DNA of 64,000 nucleotides from an archaeon (GCA_018671245.1 JABHIB010000007.1:6650-70649); one strand, 5' to 3'; positions 20,806 to 30,011 are shown, numbered from the stretch's first letter. The notes: generated from the letters alone by a model not told the origin. Program-made: numbers and translations.

Positions 20806-21108
20806 TTGTTTAGTATGAAAAAGAGGTTATTAGTTTTAGTTTTAACGTGGTTTATAATTAGTATGTCTTTTGGTTATTCTTCTGATGCTTTATTTAGTAA
20901 GATTGATGTTCCTAAAGTTAGTGTTGAAAAAGATTCTGAAAGAGTTTCTTCTGAAGGTTTGACTCGTTATGTTTATGGTGCTGGTTTGGTTGCTAGTGTT
21001 AAAGATTCTTCGATTAATTATTATCATTCAGATAGAATTCAGAGTAATCGTTTAGTAACTGATCCTTCTGGTTCTGTTGAGAAAGAGTTTAAGTCTCTGC
21101 CTTTTTGA
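20806..21108 (+). CDS. signal-peptide protein with YD-repeat fragment (upstream part of a split RHS-like gene)
   Basis: It has a signal peptide MKKRLLVLVLTWFIISMSFG followed by a YD-like repeat YVYGAGLVASV...YYHSDRIQSNRLVTDPSG. It ends at TGA 21106-21108, in the same frame as the next ORF. Confidence 0.45.
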   Translation: MFSMKKRLLVLVLTWFIISMSFGYSSDALFSKIDVPKVSVEKDSERVSSEGLTRYVYGAGLVASVKDSSINYYHSDRIQSNRLVTDPSGSVEKEFKSLPF

Positions 21109-21159
21109 CAGAAAGTTTCTAATTCTGGTGTTAAGTATGCTTTTGCAACTGGAAAGGAA

Positions 21160-21936
21160 TTGGATGAGTCTGATCTTTATTACTTTGGAGCAAGATATTA
21201 TGATTCTGATTTGGGAAGGTTCACTAGTGTTGATCCTGTTAAAGAGAATGAACCTTATAGTTATGTTAGGAATAATCCTTTGTATTATGTTGATCCAGAT
21301 GGGAAGGAAGTAATGATCGCTATTTATGATGAAGGAAGCCATGCTAATTTATTTTTGAATTTACCAGGGGAAGAAAATGACAGAATATATGATCCTAGTG
21401 GAAGTTATAGATATAATGGGGGGAGGCCAGGTTGTGCAGTATTTGGTGGTGAGGAGGGTGGTGCACAATTAGAAGATTATCTTTATCATTGGATTGTTGA
21501 GAGAGGGGCAGGATATTATGGAGATGATGGTTCAGAGGTGACTATATTTATTATTAAAACTTCTCCTGAGTTCGAAGAGGAATTACTTTCTAAGCTTGAT
21601 AGCATTGGCTTGTATGGGGGAGGAGATCCTCCGTGTCAATGTGCATGGACAATAATTAATCTTTTAAAGGATACTGATAACTCTGCAAACACTGACGAAT
21701 TTGATGGAATCGATCCTTTTACTATGTTGCCTAATGGATTGAAGAGAGATCTTGAAAATGATATTGATCCTACTCCAGAAGTTCTTAAAATTAATTATAA
21801 TGAATATAAGAAGAATAATGATCTATCTCCCCATACACGTTATTATGAGGATGATTCTTATAACCGTTATCCGTATTGGAAAACTCCTGGTACAGATGAA
21901 GATAATTTGGGTGAATATCTTGGACCCATTCCGTAG
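21160..21936 (+). CDS. RHS-repeat-associated core motif plus C-terminal polymorphic-toxin-like domain
   Basis: It starts MDESDLYYFGARYYDSDLGRFTSVDPVKENEPYSYVRNNPLYYVDPDGKE. This is the canonical RHS core end (GARYYDPxxGRFxSxDP...NNP...DPxGL), followed by about 200 aa of divergent C-terminal domain. Confidence 0.6.
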   Translation: MDESDLYYFGARYYDSDLGRFTSVDPVKENEPYSYVRNNPLYYVDPDGKEVMIAIYDEGSHANLFLNLPGEENDRIYDPSGSYRYNGGRPGCAVFGGEEGGAQLEDYLYHWIVERGAGYYGDDGSEVTIFIIKTSPEFEEELLSKLDSIGLYGGGDPPCQCAWTIINLLKDTDNSANTDEFDGIDPFTMLPNGLKRDLENDIDPTPEVLKINYNEYKKNNDLSPHTRYYEDDSYNRYPYWKTPGTDEDNLGEYLGPIP

Positions 21937-21959
21937 AATGATTTAGAAACTGAATAATT

Positions 21960-22331
21960 TTAATAATTGATTATTTCAATTTCAATTTCTTTATTTGGAT
22001 TTTTCAATATTTCAATCATTTCTCTACTAAAATCTTTTGCAGCTTTGTCTGCCCGTATTGCATAAGTCCTATCATCTAAAAAACCAGAGATTCTTATTAC
22101 AAATTCACTTTCATGTTTAAATTTAGGATTTGCTTCCGCAGTTATATATTCTTTAAACCCATCAACTGATATTATTATTTTTATTAATCCGGTTATTGCT
22201 TTAGGTAGTTTATCTAATTTTATTCCAACTATACAATCTCCTTGTTTTGTCAAATAGTTATCTTTAGTAAATTCAAAAGTATTCTTGTGGGTTGCTAAAA
22301 CATTTTCATGTCCGTATGCCTTAAATTTCAT
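21960..22331 (-). CDS. DUF371-family archaeal protein
   Basis: The N-terminus MKFKAYGHENVLATHKNTFEFTKDNYLTKQGDCIVGIK matches the DUF371 signature as I recall it (AxGHxNVxATHKTTxExTKD...GDCIxG). Confidence 0.5.
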   Translation of the reverse strand: MKFKAYGHENVLATHKNTFEFTKDNYLTKQGDCIVGIKLDKLPKAITGLIKIIISVDGFKEYITAEANPKFKHESEFVIRISGFLDDRTYAIRADKAAKDFSREMIEILKNPNKEIEIEIINY

Positions 22332-22662
22332 TTTCTCTCTCTAATTTTAGATATATTGCTTCACAAGGCATATAGTTATTGCCCATTAATTTAGTTATGT
22401 ATTCGCATCTATCTTTGTTTAATGTACAAGGGGATTCATTTGTTTTGTTAAAATATATGTTATTGCAAAGATAATCTCCTTCATAATCTTCTGGATCCTT
22501 ATAATGTTGTTTAATAATCATATCATTAAATTCTTCTTTTGATAATTCTTGTTCTAATATGGATATTTGAAAGTTATTTTTTTGTTTTTCTAATTTGTTC
22601 ATTTCTTTTATTAGAGGTAGTATCTTATTTAAGAAAGGTTTAGTATTTGGGGTGTGTACCAT
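22321..22662 (-). CDS. hypothetical Cys-containing small protein
   Basis: 113 aa, overlapping the DUF371 gene by 11 nt so probably co-transcribed. It has four spaced cysteines and no family I recognise. Confidence 0.3.
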   Translation of the reverse strand: MVHTPNTKPFLNKILPLIKEMNKLEKQKNNFQISILEQELSKEEFNDMIIKQHYKDPEDYEGDYLCNNIYFNKTNESPCTLNKDRCEYITKLMGNNYMPCEAIYLKLERENEI

Positions 22663-22712
22663 GATATTCGAAGAATAATAACATTTTTAAATATTGTCCT
22701 CTAAATAATCTT

Positions 22713-23324
22713 ATGAAAGATAAGTTTAGTGAAGCGATTGAAACATATAATAAGATTGCAAAAATTTATTTCGAATATAATAAAAATCGGATTATGCAAT
22801 ATCAATTATCTAAGTTTAGTTCTATTTTACCTGGGAAAAAAATCTTAGATGTAGGTTGTGGTCCAGGAAGAGATTCGGAGTATTTAATTGAAGATGGATT
22901 TGAAGTTACTGGTGTAGATGCTTCTAAAGAATTATTAAAAATCGCTAGAAAGAATGTTTCTGGCGCAAAGTTTAAATTGATGGATTTTAGAAAATTAACT
23001 TTTAAGGATAATTCTTTTGATGGGATATGGAGTATGGCTAGTTTAGTACATATGAATCGGAAAGAAATTCCTTCTGTTCTAAAAGAATTTTCAAGAGTTC
23101 TTGTTCCTAATGGTGGTTTGTATATTTCTGTTAGAGAAGGCGAGGGTGATAAGGAAGTTAGACAAGAGAAATATGATAATGAGCCGAGACATTTCTTTTA
23201 TTTTGGAGAAGAAGAGTTCAGAAAATATTTGAAAAATGCAGGATTTAAAATTATTGAGATAGAAATTAGTGAGTTAGAATCTGGTAGAAATTGGTTGGAA
23301 ATTTATGCTAAAAAAGTCGAATAA
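22713..23324 (+). CDS. class I SAM-dependent methyltransferase
   Basis: It has motif I ILDVGCGPGRDSEYL, post I DASKELL, and a typical Rossmann MTase layout. Confidence 0.7.
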   Translation: MKDKFSEAIETYNKIAKIYFEYNKNRIMQYQLSKFSSILPGKKILDVGCGPGRDSEYLIEDGFEVTGVDASKELLKIARKNVSGAKFKLMDFRKLTFKDNSFDGIWSMASLVHMNRKEIPSVLKEFSRVLVPNGGLYISVREGEGDKEVRQEKYDNEPRHFFYFGEEEFRKYLKNAGFKIIEIEISELESGRNWLEIYAKKVE

Positions 23325-23738
23325 TCAGTTTCCTATTATTTTTATTAAAATTCTTTTATCTCTTTGCCCATCAAATTCACCATAATATATCTGTTCCCAT
23401 GTACCAAAGTCTAATTTTCCATCTGTTATTGCAATTGAAGTTTCTCTTCCCATTATTGTTCTCCATAAATGAGAAAATCCGTTATCTTCTCCAGTTTGAT
23501 GATGGTGGTAATTGAATTGTTTTGGTGCTAATTTTTCTAGCCATTCTTTAAAATCTTCAATTAGTCCAGATTCTGCATCGTTAATGAATATGCTTGCAGT
23601 TATGTGCATAGGATTGATTAGAATTATTCCATCTTTAATTTCTGATTCTTTTACAATCTCTTCTATCTTTGAAGTTATATTTATGAAATCAATTCTTTGT
23701 TTTGTATTAATTGTTAGGTGTTTTGTGAATGTTTTCAT
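23325..23738 (-). CDS. YjbQ/UPF0047 family protein (secondary thiamine-phosphate synthase-like)
   Basis: It has the family pattern ...[16 protein letters not shown]...[28 protein letters not shown]. Confidence 0.7.
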   Translation of the reverse strand: MKTFTKHLTINTKQRIDFINITSKIEEIVKESEIKDGIILINPMHITASIFINDAESGLIEDFKEWLEKLAPKQFNYHHHQTGEDNGFSHLWRTIMGRETSIAITDGKLDFGTWEQIYYGEFDGQRDKRILIKIIGN

Positions 23739-24739
23739 TGGTATGCTTCTTTATGAAGTTTGATTAATTTTTTATTTTCTCTAAAACTTTTTAGAATTAA
23801 ATTAATCTCTGTAGCCACAGCATTTTTTAGATCAAGTGGATGAAGGTTTCCACTTATAAAATCTTTTTTTACTTCAGAATATGTTGAATATTCCAGATTT
23901 CCACCATATTTCTCGGGCCTTTCTATTATGAGTTTTTCATTTCTGTCTTGTTTTAAGATCATTATAAAATATTCTAACAGTGCCATTAATCCATTATTAG
24001 TATCTTTTGTTACACATTCTGCCTTGTTTATTTTTCTTTTTACTGTTTTTTCATCATCTAAGGTATCTATCTTTGTTGCTTCAATGCTGGAGGACATTTT
24101 TTCTCCAACTAGCCCTCTAATTAATGGATTTAATAATTCTATTCGTTTTTTATATCCTATTTTCGGTAAGTATTCTCTTGCAAATACCATTATTTTTCTT
24201 TGATCCATTCCACCGAATTGCATATCAACTTTTAGATATTCTTCATCTAAGGCTTGCATTAATGGATAAATAATTCCAGATAGTTTAGGATTGTCTCCAA
24301 GTTTAACTACTTCTGAGGCCGCTTTTTTTGAAGCATTGATTGTTGAAAATGTACTAAGTTTCAATAAGTCATGGAAGTATTCTTCTTTTAGTTGTAATTC
24401 ACTACCCTTTACAAATTCTAATTTACTTACATCTACTTTTATTGTTTTTAAGATTGTTAAGATTAATTCCTCATAGTATTCGTATCTTTTTTCTAGAATT
24501 TCCCAAGGTACGCTATCTAATGCTGCATGTAAATCTGCTAATAAAATTTTAACTTTTAGTCCTGCATTTAGAAAATCTGCTATTTTTAGCATTGGAAAGA
24601 AATAAGCTATAGAAACACTTCCTGTTGGCATTGTGCCCCAGTATACTGAAGGGTTTTTCTTTTTTTTCAATAATTCTTTTAATTCTTTTTCTTCTATAAC
24701 TTCTTGTAAATTACGAGTAATTAGATCATATTTATCCAT
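23735..24739 (-). CDS. tyrS: tyrosyl-tRNA synthetase, archaeal type, with a degenerate HIGH motif
   Basis: It aligns along its length with archaeal TyrRS ([70 protein letters not shown]). The HIGH position reads TGSVSIAY in place of SGKIHLGH. Confidence 0.85.
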   Translation of the reverse strand: MDKYDLITRNLQEVIEEKELKELLKKKKNPSVYWGTMPTGSVSIAYFFPMLKIADFLNAGLKVKILLADLHAALDSVPWEILEKRYEYYEELILTILKTIKVDVSKLEFVKGSELQLKEEYFHDLLKLSTFSTINASKKAASEVVKLGDNPKLSGIIYPLMQALDEEYLKVDMQFGGMDQRKIMVFAREYLPKIGYKKRIELLNPLIRGLVGEKMSSSIEATKIDTLDDEKTVKRKINKAECVTKDTNNGLMALLEYFIMILKQDRNEKLIIERPEKYGGNLEYSTYSEVKKDFISGNLHPLDLKNAVATEINLILKSFRENKKLIKLHKEAYQ

Positions 24740-24777
24740 ATAATAGTTTTTGATTGGATTCTATTTAAAGTTTTCTC

Positions 24778-25191
24778 TTAGAATAAACTATCAATTCTTT
24801 TTTCTAGAATTCCTTCAACCTGTTTTATGTTTTCTTTTTCTCCAGATAGGAATATTTCCACATTGTCAAAATTGACTGAATATGGTCCTGTGAAGAAATT
24901 TCTTACTTTGTTTAAAGTTCCATCTGTATTAAATTGTTTATGTGTTCTAGTACAGAAATAACTGATAAGGACATTTTCATTTGATTCTAATAAATAGTTC
25001 CAAGATTTAGTTATTAAACTTTCAGTATCGCTCTTCTTTTTGATTGAAAAGCCATTTTGTTCTATATTCTTTGTTAAGTTTAATCTAGTAGAAAATGTAG
25101 GTAAACTATATTCTCCTTCAAAATTTCCTTCATAAAATTTCTTTATCATGTAGTGATAACAAATTATCCCTTTATAAATGTTTGTATTCAT
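24778..25191 (-). CDS. hypothetical protein
   Basis: 137 aa, overlapping the lspA stop by 4 nt so probably co-transcribed. I recognise no motif. Confidence 0.3.
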   Translation of the reverse strand: MNTNIYKGIICYHYMIKKFYEGNFEGEYSLPTFSTRLNLTKNIEQNGFSIKKKSDTESLITKSWNYLLESNENVLISYFCTRTHKQFNTDGTLNKVRNFFTGPYSVNFDNVEIFLSGEKENIKQVEGILEKRIDSLF

Positions 25192-25586
25192 ATCTTTTCT
25201 TTTAGAATTAAGTAAATAAGTATCGTAACTCCTATTACATTGAAGCTGTCTGCAACATTAAAAATTGGCCAGATTTTTAGATCTATAAAATCTCGTACAT
25301 ATCCAAAATATATTCTGTCAATAAGATTTCCAATTGTCCCACCTAAGATAAATGCTAACGGAATGTAGGATTTTGGGTATTTTTTATAGAAATATACTAC
25401 AGATATTGCGACAATTCCTGAAATTAGTATTAATATGTTTGTTGAATTCTGAAATAGTGAAAAAGCTGCCCCTGTGTTGGTAGTGTATGTTATTATCCCT
25501 CCAGATATATTTTTTAGTGAAATCTTTGTTAGTTGATCGATTATTATTATCAATAAAGTTAGTAGTAGAAAGTTATTTTTCATCAA
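25188..25586 (-). CDS. lspA: lipoprotein signal peptidase (signal peptidase II)
   Basis: All four LspA motifs are present in order: IIDQLTK, NTGAAFS, GNLIDR, FNVAD. It has four transmembrane segments. Confidence 0.85.
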   Translation of the reverse strand: MMKNNFLLLTLLIIIIDQLTKISLKNISGGIITYTTNTGAAFSLFQNSTNILILISGIVAISVVYFYKKYPKSYIPLAFILGGTIGNLIDRIYFGYVRDFIDLKIWPIFNVADSFNVIGVTILIYLILKEKI

Positions 25587-25617
25587 TTTTTATGGATTCT
25601 AAAGATTTATATAGGTT

Positions 25618-26121
25618 ATGTGTTTCGATTTATTAGATAAAATGGAAAAAATACTAAGATTTGGGAATAACTTTGGAAATTATGAAGTTCCCCTATTGCC
25701 AGTATTAGATAGTTCTGCGCTGGTTTCTGGATCATTCGATCATTTTTTCTTATATTCTGAAACTACAGATAATTTTTCATTAGATGGAATAAAATTAGTG
25801 TATCCTACTGAAATAATTGAGTCAAAAGAGCATTTAGATATTAAATATGATGGAGTTATGTTAACAAATCTTGATAATATTCATTCTAATGCTGATTTAT
25901 TGATTGCAACTAGGTCTTTTTATGTACCTTCATCAAATACTAGTCTATCAGATTCCATTAAATTATCTAAGTTTGAAGATTTTTCAAAGGGTAAGGTACT
26001 CGTAACTGATTATGATATTTCTACTAAGATTAAGAAATTATTTGAAACTGGTGAGTTGTCTCAAAGTAAATCTGTTAGTCCTGTAAAATTGAGGGATGCC
26101 CTTCTAGATAGAAATCTTTAA
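25618..26121 (+). CDS. hypothetical protein (first gene of a four-gene operon)
   Basis: 167 aa with no motif I recognise. It is tightly linked to the next three + strand genes. Confidence 0.3.
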   Translation: MCFDLLDKMEKILRFGNNFGNYEVPLLPVLDSSALVSGSFDHFFLYSETTDNFSLDGIKLVYPTEIIESKEHLDIKYDGVMLTNLDNIHSNADLLIATRSFYVPSSNTSLSDSIKLSKFEDFSKGKVLVTDYDISTKIKKLFETGELSQSKSVSPVKLRDALLDRNL

Positions 26122-26146
26122 AAAGTTCTAAACCTGATTTCAACTT

Positions 26147-27616
26147 ATGGCAGACAGTATTGAAACTCTTAGATTGAAACTTAAGGATAAGAAGTTAACT
26201 GCTAGTGAAAAGCAGGCTGTAAGGAAGAAACTTGTCGAGTTAATAAAAAAGAAGAGTTTGGTTAGATTAAGTAATGGAGATCCTATTGAATATCATATAA
26301 TTTATGATACTTTTCAACAAGGTTTAGAACCTGTTTATTTCTGGGTGTTGGATTTTATGAGAAATAAAAAACCTAGTGGTATGGGCCTTGAAGTTGATAA
26401 GGTTGAAGAAGAATTTGAGGCTAGTGTAGGTGGAGGGTATTTTGGTGAGATGTCTCAAAAAGCTTCGATTATGCAAGATAGAGCAATACAAATTCTTGGA
26501 CACGTTAATACTATTGTAAGAAGTATATTAAATTTAATTTATAATCTTAGAGAGATGGAAATGCGGCTCGAAATTTATGATGATGCCGATCCAAAAAAAC
26601 AAAAAGATTATTCAAAAGTTCAGGCTGCAGAGTATTCTTTAAAATCTGTGTGGATGGATCAAGTCGATATAAAAACTGGTATAGGGAGCATAAATAATCT
26701 TGCAAGAGGTGATTTACAGTTTGTTACACTTCGTGATGCGTTTTTTCAAGTTAATAAATTAAAGGATATTAATAAATTTGACTTAAATAAAAGAGTTAAA
26801 ATTATTTTGAAGAAAAAATTTGCAGAGTATCTTAAGTGGAGAGTGATTGGTGAAAGTGAATTGAGAAAGCGTTATTCTATTGAGTTGAATTATTTGCAAT
26901 CTCAAGTTGATTCTTTAAGGCTTTATACTAAATGGGCCAAACCTTATCTTCGAGCAGCTAATAAATTGGGTATGACTGAGTTCAAAACAAAATCTGGTTT
27001 GCCTAGTCCGGATATGGTTTCTGCCTTTAGTAGTATGAAAATGGAATTAACTTTAATGGCTAAGAAAAAGATTGATCCGAAAGGAGTGCACCCTACCTAT
27101 CAGAAGTTTAGATTTGATAATGAAAATTATGCTTGTTTAGAAGTTAACTTTTTATTTAGAACTATGCCTCAACCGGTTAGGATGGAAAGTGGTCAACAGT
27201 ATGTTAATTTTGGAGTGATTGATATTTTTTTCAGGGCATATGCTATGACTAAAGAAGATATAACTGATATTGAGAAACATGAAGTGTTTCAAGATATGGG
27301 ATTGGTTGAGAATCTTACTGAAGTTAGTTTGAAAAATTTACAAGAAGATATAGATCATTTCCTTGATAGTGGCAAGGATACTGAACAAGAAATTAAAGTT
27401 AAGCAGTCTGGAATTTTTGAAAGTTTAGGTTCTGGATTTGGAGATTTAGGTAAGGCATTTGGGTCAGGTACAAAAGCTTTGTTTGGTTTAGAAGTTAAAT
27501 CTGCTGGAAAATACAGAGAAAAAGAAGTTATGAAAGCTACTCAGAGTGCAGCAGCAGGCAATTGTATTTTATTATATGATATTTTTAAGAAAGCTCATAG
27601 GATGATTACATGGTAA
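26147..27616 (+). CDS. hypothetical protein, coiled-coil rich with a Gly-rich C-terminal segment
   Basis: 489 aa with an N-terminal charged helix and a C-terminal GSGFGDLGKAFGSGTKALFG segment. Its end overlaps the next gene. Confidence 0.35.
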   Translation: MADSIETLRLKLKDKKLTASEKQAVRKKLVELIKKKSLVRLSNGDPIEYHIIYDTFQQGLEPVYFWVLDFMRNKKPSGMGLEVDKVEEEFEASVGGGYFGEMSQKASIMQDRAIQILGHVNTIVRSILNLIYNLREMEMRLEIYDDADPKKQKDYSKVQAAEYSLKSVWMDQVDIKTGIGSINNLARGDLQFVTLRDAFFQVNKLKDINKFDLNKRVKIILKKKFAEYLKWRVIGESELRKRYSIELNYLQSQVDSLRLYTKWAKPYLRAANKLGMTEFKTKSGLPSPDMVSAFSSMKMELTLMAKKKIDPKGVHPTYQKFRFDNENYACLEVNFLFRTMPQPVRMESGQQYVNFGVIDIFFRAYAMTKEDITDIEKHEVFQDMGLVENLTEVSLKNLQEDIDHFLDSGKDTEQEIKVKQSGIFESLGSGFGDLGKAFGSGTKALFGLEVKSAGKYREKEVMKATQSAAAGNCILLYDIFKKAHRMITW

Positions 27617-28119
27617 ATAAGTTAGATGAAATTAAAAAAGAATTGGAAGTATTTGATTCTTTGGATGAAAGGATTGTTAGATTGAAAGAAATAATTTCTG
27701 AAACTGATAGTTCTGAAATGAAAGAACAACTTGAAAGAGTTCTTGAAAGTTTGGATTCTGAAAAAGTTATTAAGTCTCTTGGAGGTGTTGTTGAATCTGA
27801 AGAAGTAATTAGTTCTGGAATCGAATCAACAAGTTTAGAAGGACTTGAAAAGATTACTACTATAGATAAATCTGATTTAGAGGCTGATAAATCTGATCAA
27901 ATTGTAGCTGGTGATTACTCTTCTGTTCAGAATAAACCTTCCGAGGATTATGTTTCTATAAATTCTTCTAATAGTGGCGATGAGGGTTATAGTTCTTTAG
28001 GACAGGATGAAAGGTTGTTTGAAAATAAAGATTCCACAAATCTTGAAATTAATGATATGATTAAGGGCGAACAAGAAAAAAGGGTTATGTACAAACCTAA
28101 ATCTATTGGAGATAAATAA
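27610..28119 (+). CDS. hypothetical acidic, probably disordered protein
   Basis: 169 aa, strongly acidic and Ser/Glu-rich. It overlaps both neighbours. Confidence 0.3.
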   Translation: MVNKLDEIKKELEVFDSLDERIVRLKEIISETDSSEMKEQLERVLESLDSEKVIKSLGGVVESEEVISSGIESTSLEGLEKITTIDKSDLEADKSDQIVAGDYSSVQNKPSEDYVSINSSNSGDEGYSSLGQDERLFENKDSTNLEINDMIKGEQEKRVMYKPKSIGDK

Positions 28120-29963
28120 TGGGTAATAATTTTCATGAAGAATATAGGGGAAGTATGGATGAAGGTTCTTTCTATCTTCCGTTTGGCGTACAAGCTAGCA
28201 CTACTAATCCTAGTACTCCAAATCAATTGAATGAATTGGGTATGCGTTTGAATGAGGGTGTAAAAAATGTTGAAGTTGGTGCACTTAGTGAAGATGTTTT
28301 TGAGTCAATTCCATCAGAACATTTTAGAGAGATGGGAAGATTGGCAAAATTAACAGATACCAAAGTCTCTATGCATGCACCTATGGTTGATCTTGCAGGA
28401 TTTAGTAAAGAAGGTAAGTGGAGTGAAGAGAACAGAGAAGATACAGAACGTTATATGAAATCTGTAGTAGATAGGGTCCACAAGATTGATCCAAAAGGAA
28501 ATGTTTTACTTAATATGCATTCTACTGGGGGGGTTCCAGGATTTAGTTGGAAGAAAGGTGTTCCTAATGAAAAAGAAATGGTTGTTGCTGTTGAAAAAGA
28601 ATCTGGTAATCTTGTTCCCCTGAGATATGAAAAATTACAGTATATCGAAGGAGAGAAAACGTTTACACCTGAGGCTAGATTAGATGTTTTGAATGAGAGT
28701 AAGTGGCAAGAAGAGAAATTAAAACTTATGAGTTATGAAAAATCCAAGGATGAAATAAATATGATGAAATTGAATATTGAAGCTAATTCTGATTATCAAA
28801 GAGTTCTTTATCTGAAAAGAAACAATTTGCCAGTCCCTGAACAAGATATTGAACAATTTAATTATATGCATGAAAGGGTGATTACTCATGAAAGTCATAT
28901 GGGTGAGTATGATAATCATATAATGCTTGGTTTACAAAACTTAAATCATTTATATAATACTTATTATGATCCTAAAACTAAATCTGAGAAGCGAGTTGCT
29001 AAGAAAAATAAAAGAATGCTTGATAATCTTGGGGATAAATATAGGGTTCAATTAGATATAGAAAAGAGAGGCAGAGAAAGGATAAATAAAGCTATAGGTA
29101 ATGCTTCTCCAGATGATTATGACAAAATAGTTAAGATTCATAATGAAGGATATAGACAAATAGATAAGGAATTGCAAGATAAAGTCGGACAAAAAATTGA
29201 TTCTGGATATTTAATGAAACATATTAGTTCATTACCTGCGCCAAAACTTTATGATACTGCCGAAAACTTTGCGAAAGAAAAAACTACTGAAACTCTTTCC
29301 AATCTTGCTATGCATTCTTATGGTAAATATGGCCATAATTCTCCAATTATTGCTGTTGAGAATTGGGTTCCAGAATCTGTTTTATCTAGAGCAGATAGTA
29401 TGAAAGAATTAATCAAAGATTCAAGAAGTGAATTTTCTAGTAAATTGATTAAAGAAAAAGGGATGTCTAGTTCAGAAGCGGATAAAGTTGCTGAAAAATT
29501 AATTGGTGCTACATGGGATGTTGGTCACATATTTCAATTGAGAAAATCTGGATATACTGAGAAAGATGTTATTAAAGAAACTGAGAAGATTGCACCATAT
29601 GTTAAACATGTTCATCTTACTGATAATTTTGGATATACTGATAGTCATTTGGCTCCAGGGATGGGTGAAGTGCCTATAAAAGAAATGATTAAAAAACTAC
29701 AAAAAGAAGATATTGATAGAGTTTATGTTAATGAGTCTGGAGGTTTTATTAATAATTTTAATCAGAATCCTGTACCTCATACTCTCGAAAGTCTTAATTC
29801 GCCTTTATATTCTATGAATAATGGACCTTCCTGGGCACAGTCTAGAGATTTTTATTCATCTTATACTTTGGGATATCAAGATCTTTTAACTGGTCAGAAA
29901 TATAGTGGCGGATTTTCAGGTTTACCCTTAGAACTTGGTGCAGATAGAAAGGAAGGAGAATAA
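28119..29963 (+). CDS. xylose-isomerase-like TIM-barrel (AP endonuclease family 2-like) protein with a roughly 300-aa insertion
   Basis: N-terminal SMHAPMVDLAG matches the Endo IV HAPY region. C-terminal WDVGH (D-x-x-H) and VKHVHLTDNFGYTDSHLAPGMGEVP match the HLND...D-x-H...IGEG metal-binding motifs. A long charged insertion separates the barrel halves. Confidence 0.45.
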   Translation: MGNNFHEEYRGSMDEGSFYLPFGVQASTTNPSTPNQLNELGMRLNEGVKNVEVGALSEDVFESIPSEHFREMGRLAKLTDTKVSMHAPMVDLAGFSKEGKWSEENREDTERYMKSVVDRVHKIDPKGNVLLNMHSTGGVPGFSWKKGVPNEKEMVVAVEKESGNLVPLRYEKLQYIEGEKTFTPEARLDVLNESKWQEEKLKLMSYEKSKDEINMMKLNIEANSDYQRVLYLKRNNLPVPEQDIEQFNYMHERVITHESHMGEYDNHIMLGLQNLNHLYNTYYDPKTKSEKRVAKKNKRMLDNLGDKYRVQLDIEKRGRERINKAIGNASPDDYDKIVKIHNEGYRQIDKELQDKVGQKIDSGYLMKHISSLPAPKLYDTAENFAKEKTTETLSNLAMHSYGKYGHNSPIIAVENWVPESVLSRADSMKELIKDSRSEFSSKLIKEKGMSSSEADKVAEKLIGATWDVGHIFQLRKSGYTEKDVIKETEKIAPYVKHVHLTDNFGYTDSHLAPGMGEVPIKEMIKKLQKEDIDRVYVNESGGFINNFNQNPVPHTLESLNSPLYSMNNGPSWAQSRDFYSSYTLGYQDLLTGQKYSGGFSGLPLELGADRKEGE

Positions 29964-30011
29964 AAACATTTTTAAATAATAAAAATTAATTTAATTTAAA
30001 GCGGTGATAAA

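Noticed and set aside
21106-21108. Alternative genetic code (TGA as a sense codon) to explain the in-frame TGA in the RHS-like gene
   Set aside because: Several well-defined genes here terminate on TGA (rpoE, eL24, ncsA). Standard code therefore applies, and pseudogenisation or a split gene is more parsimonious.
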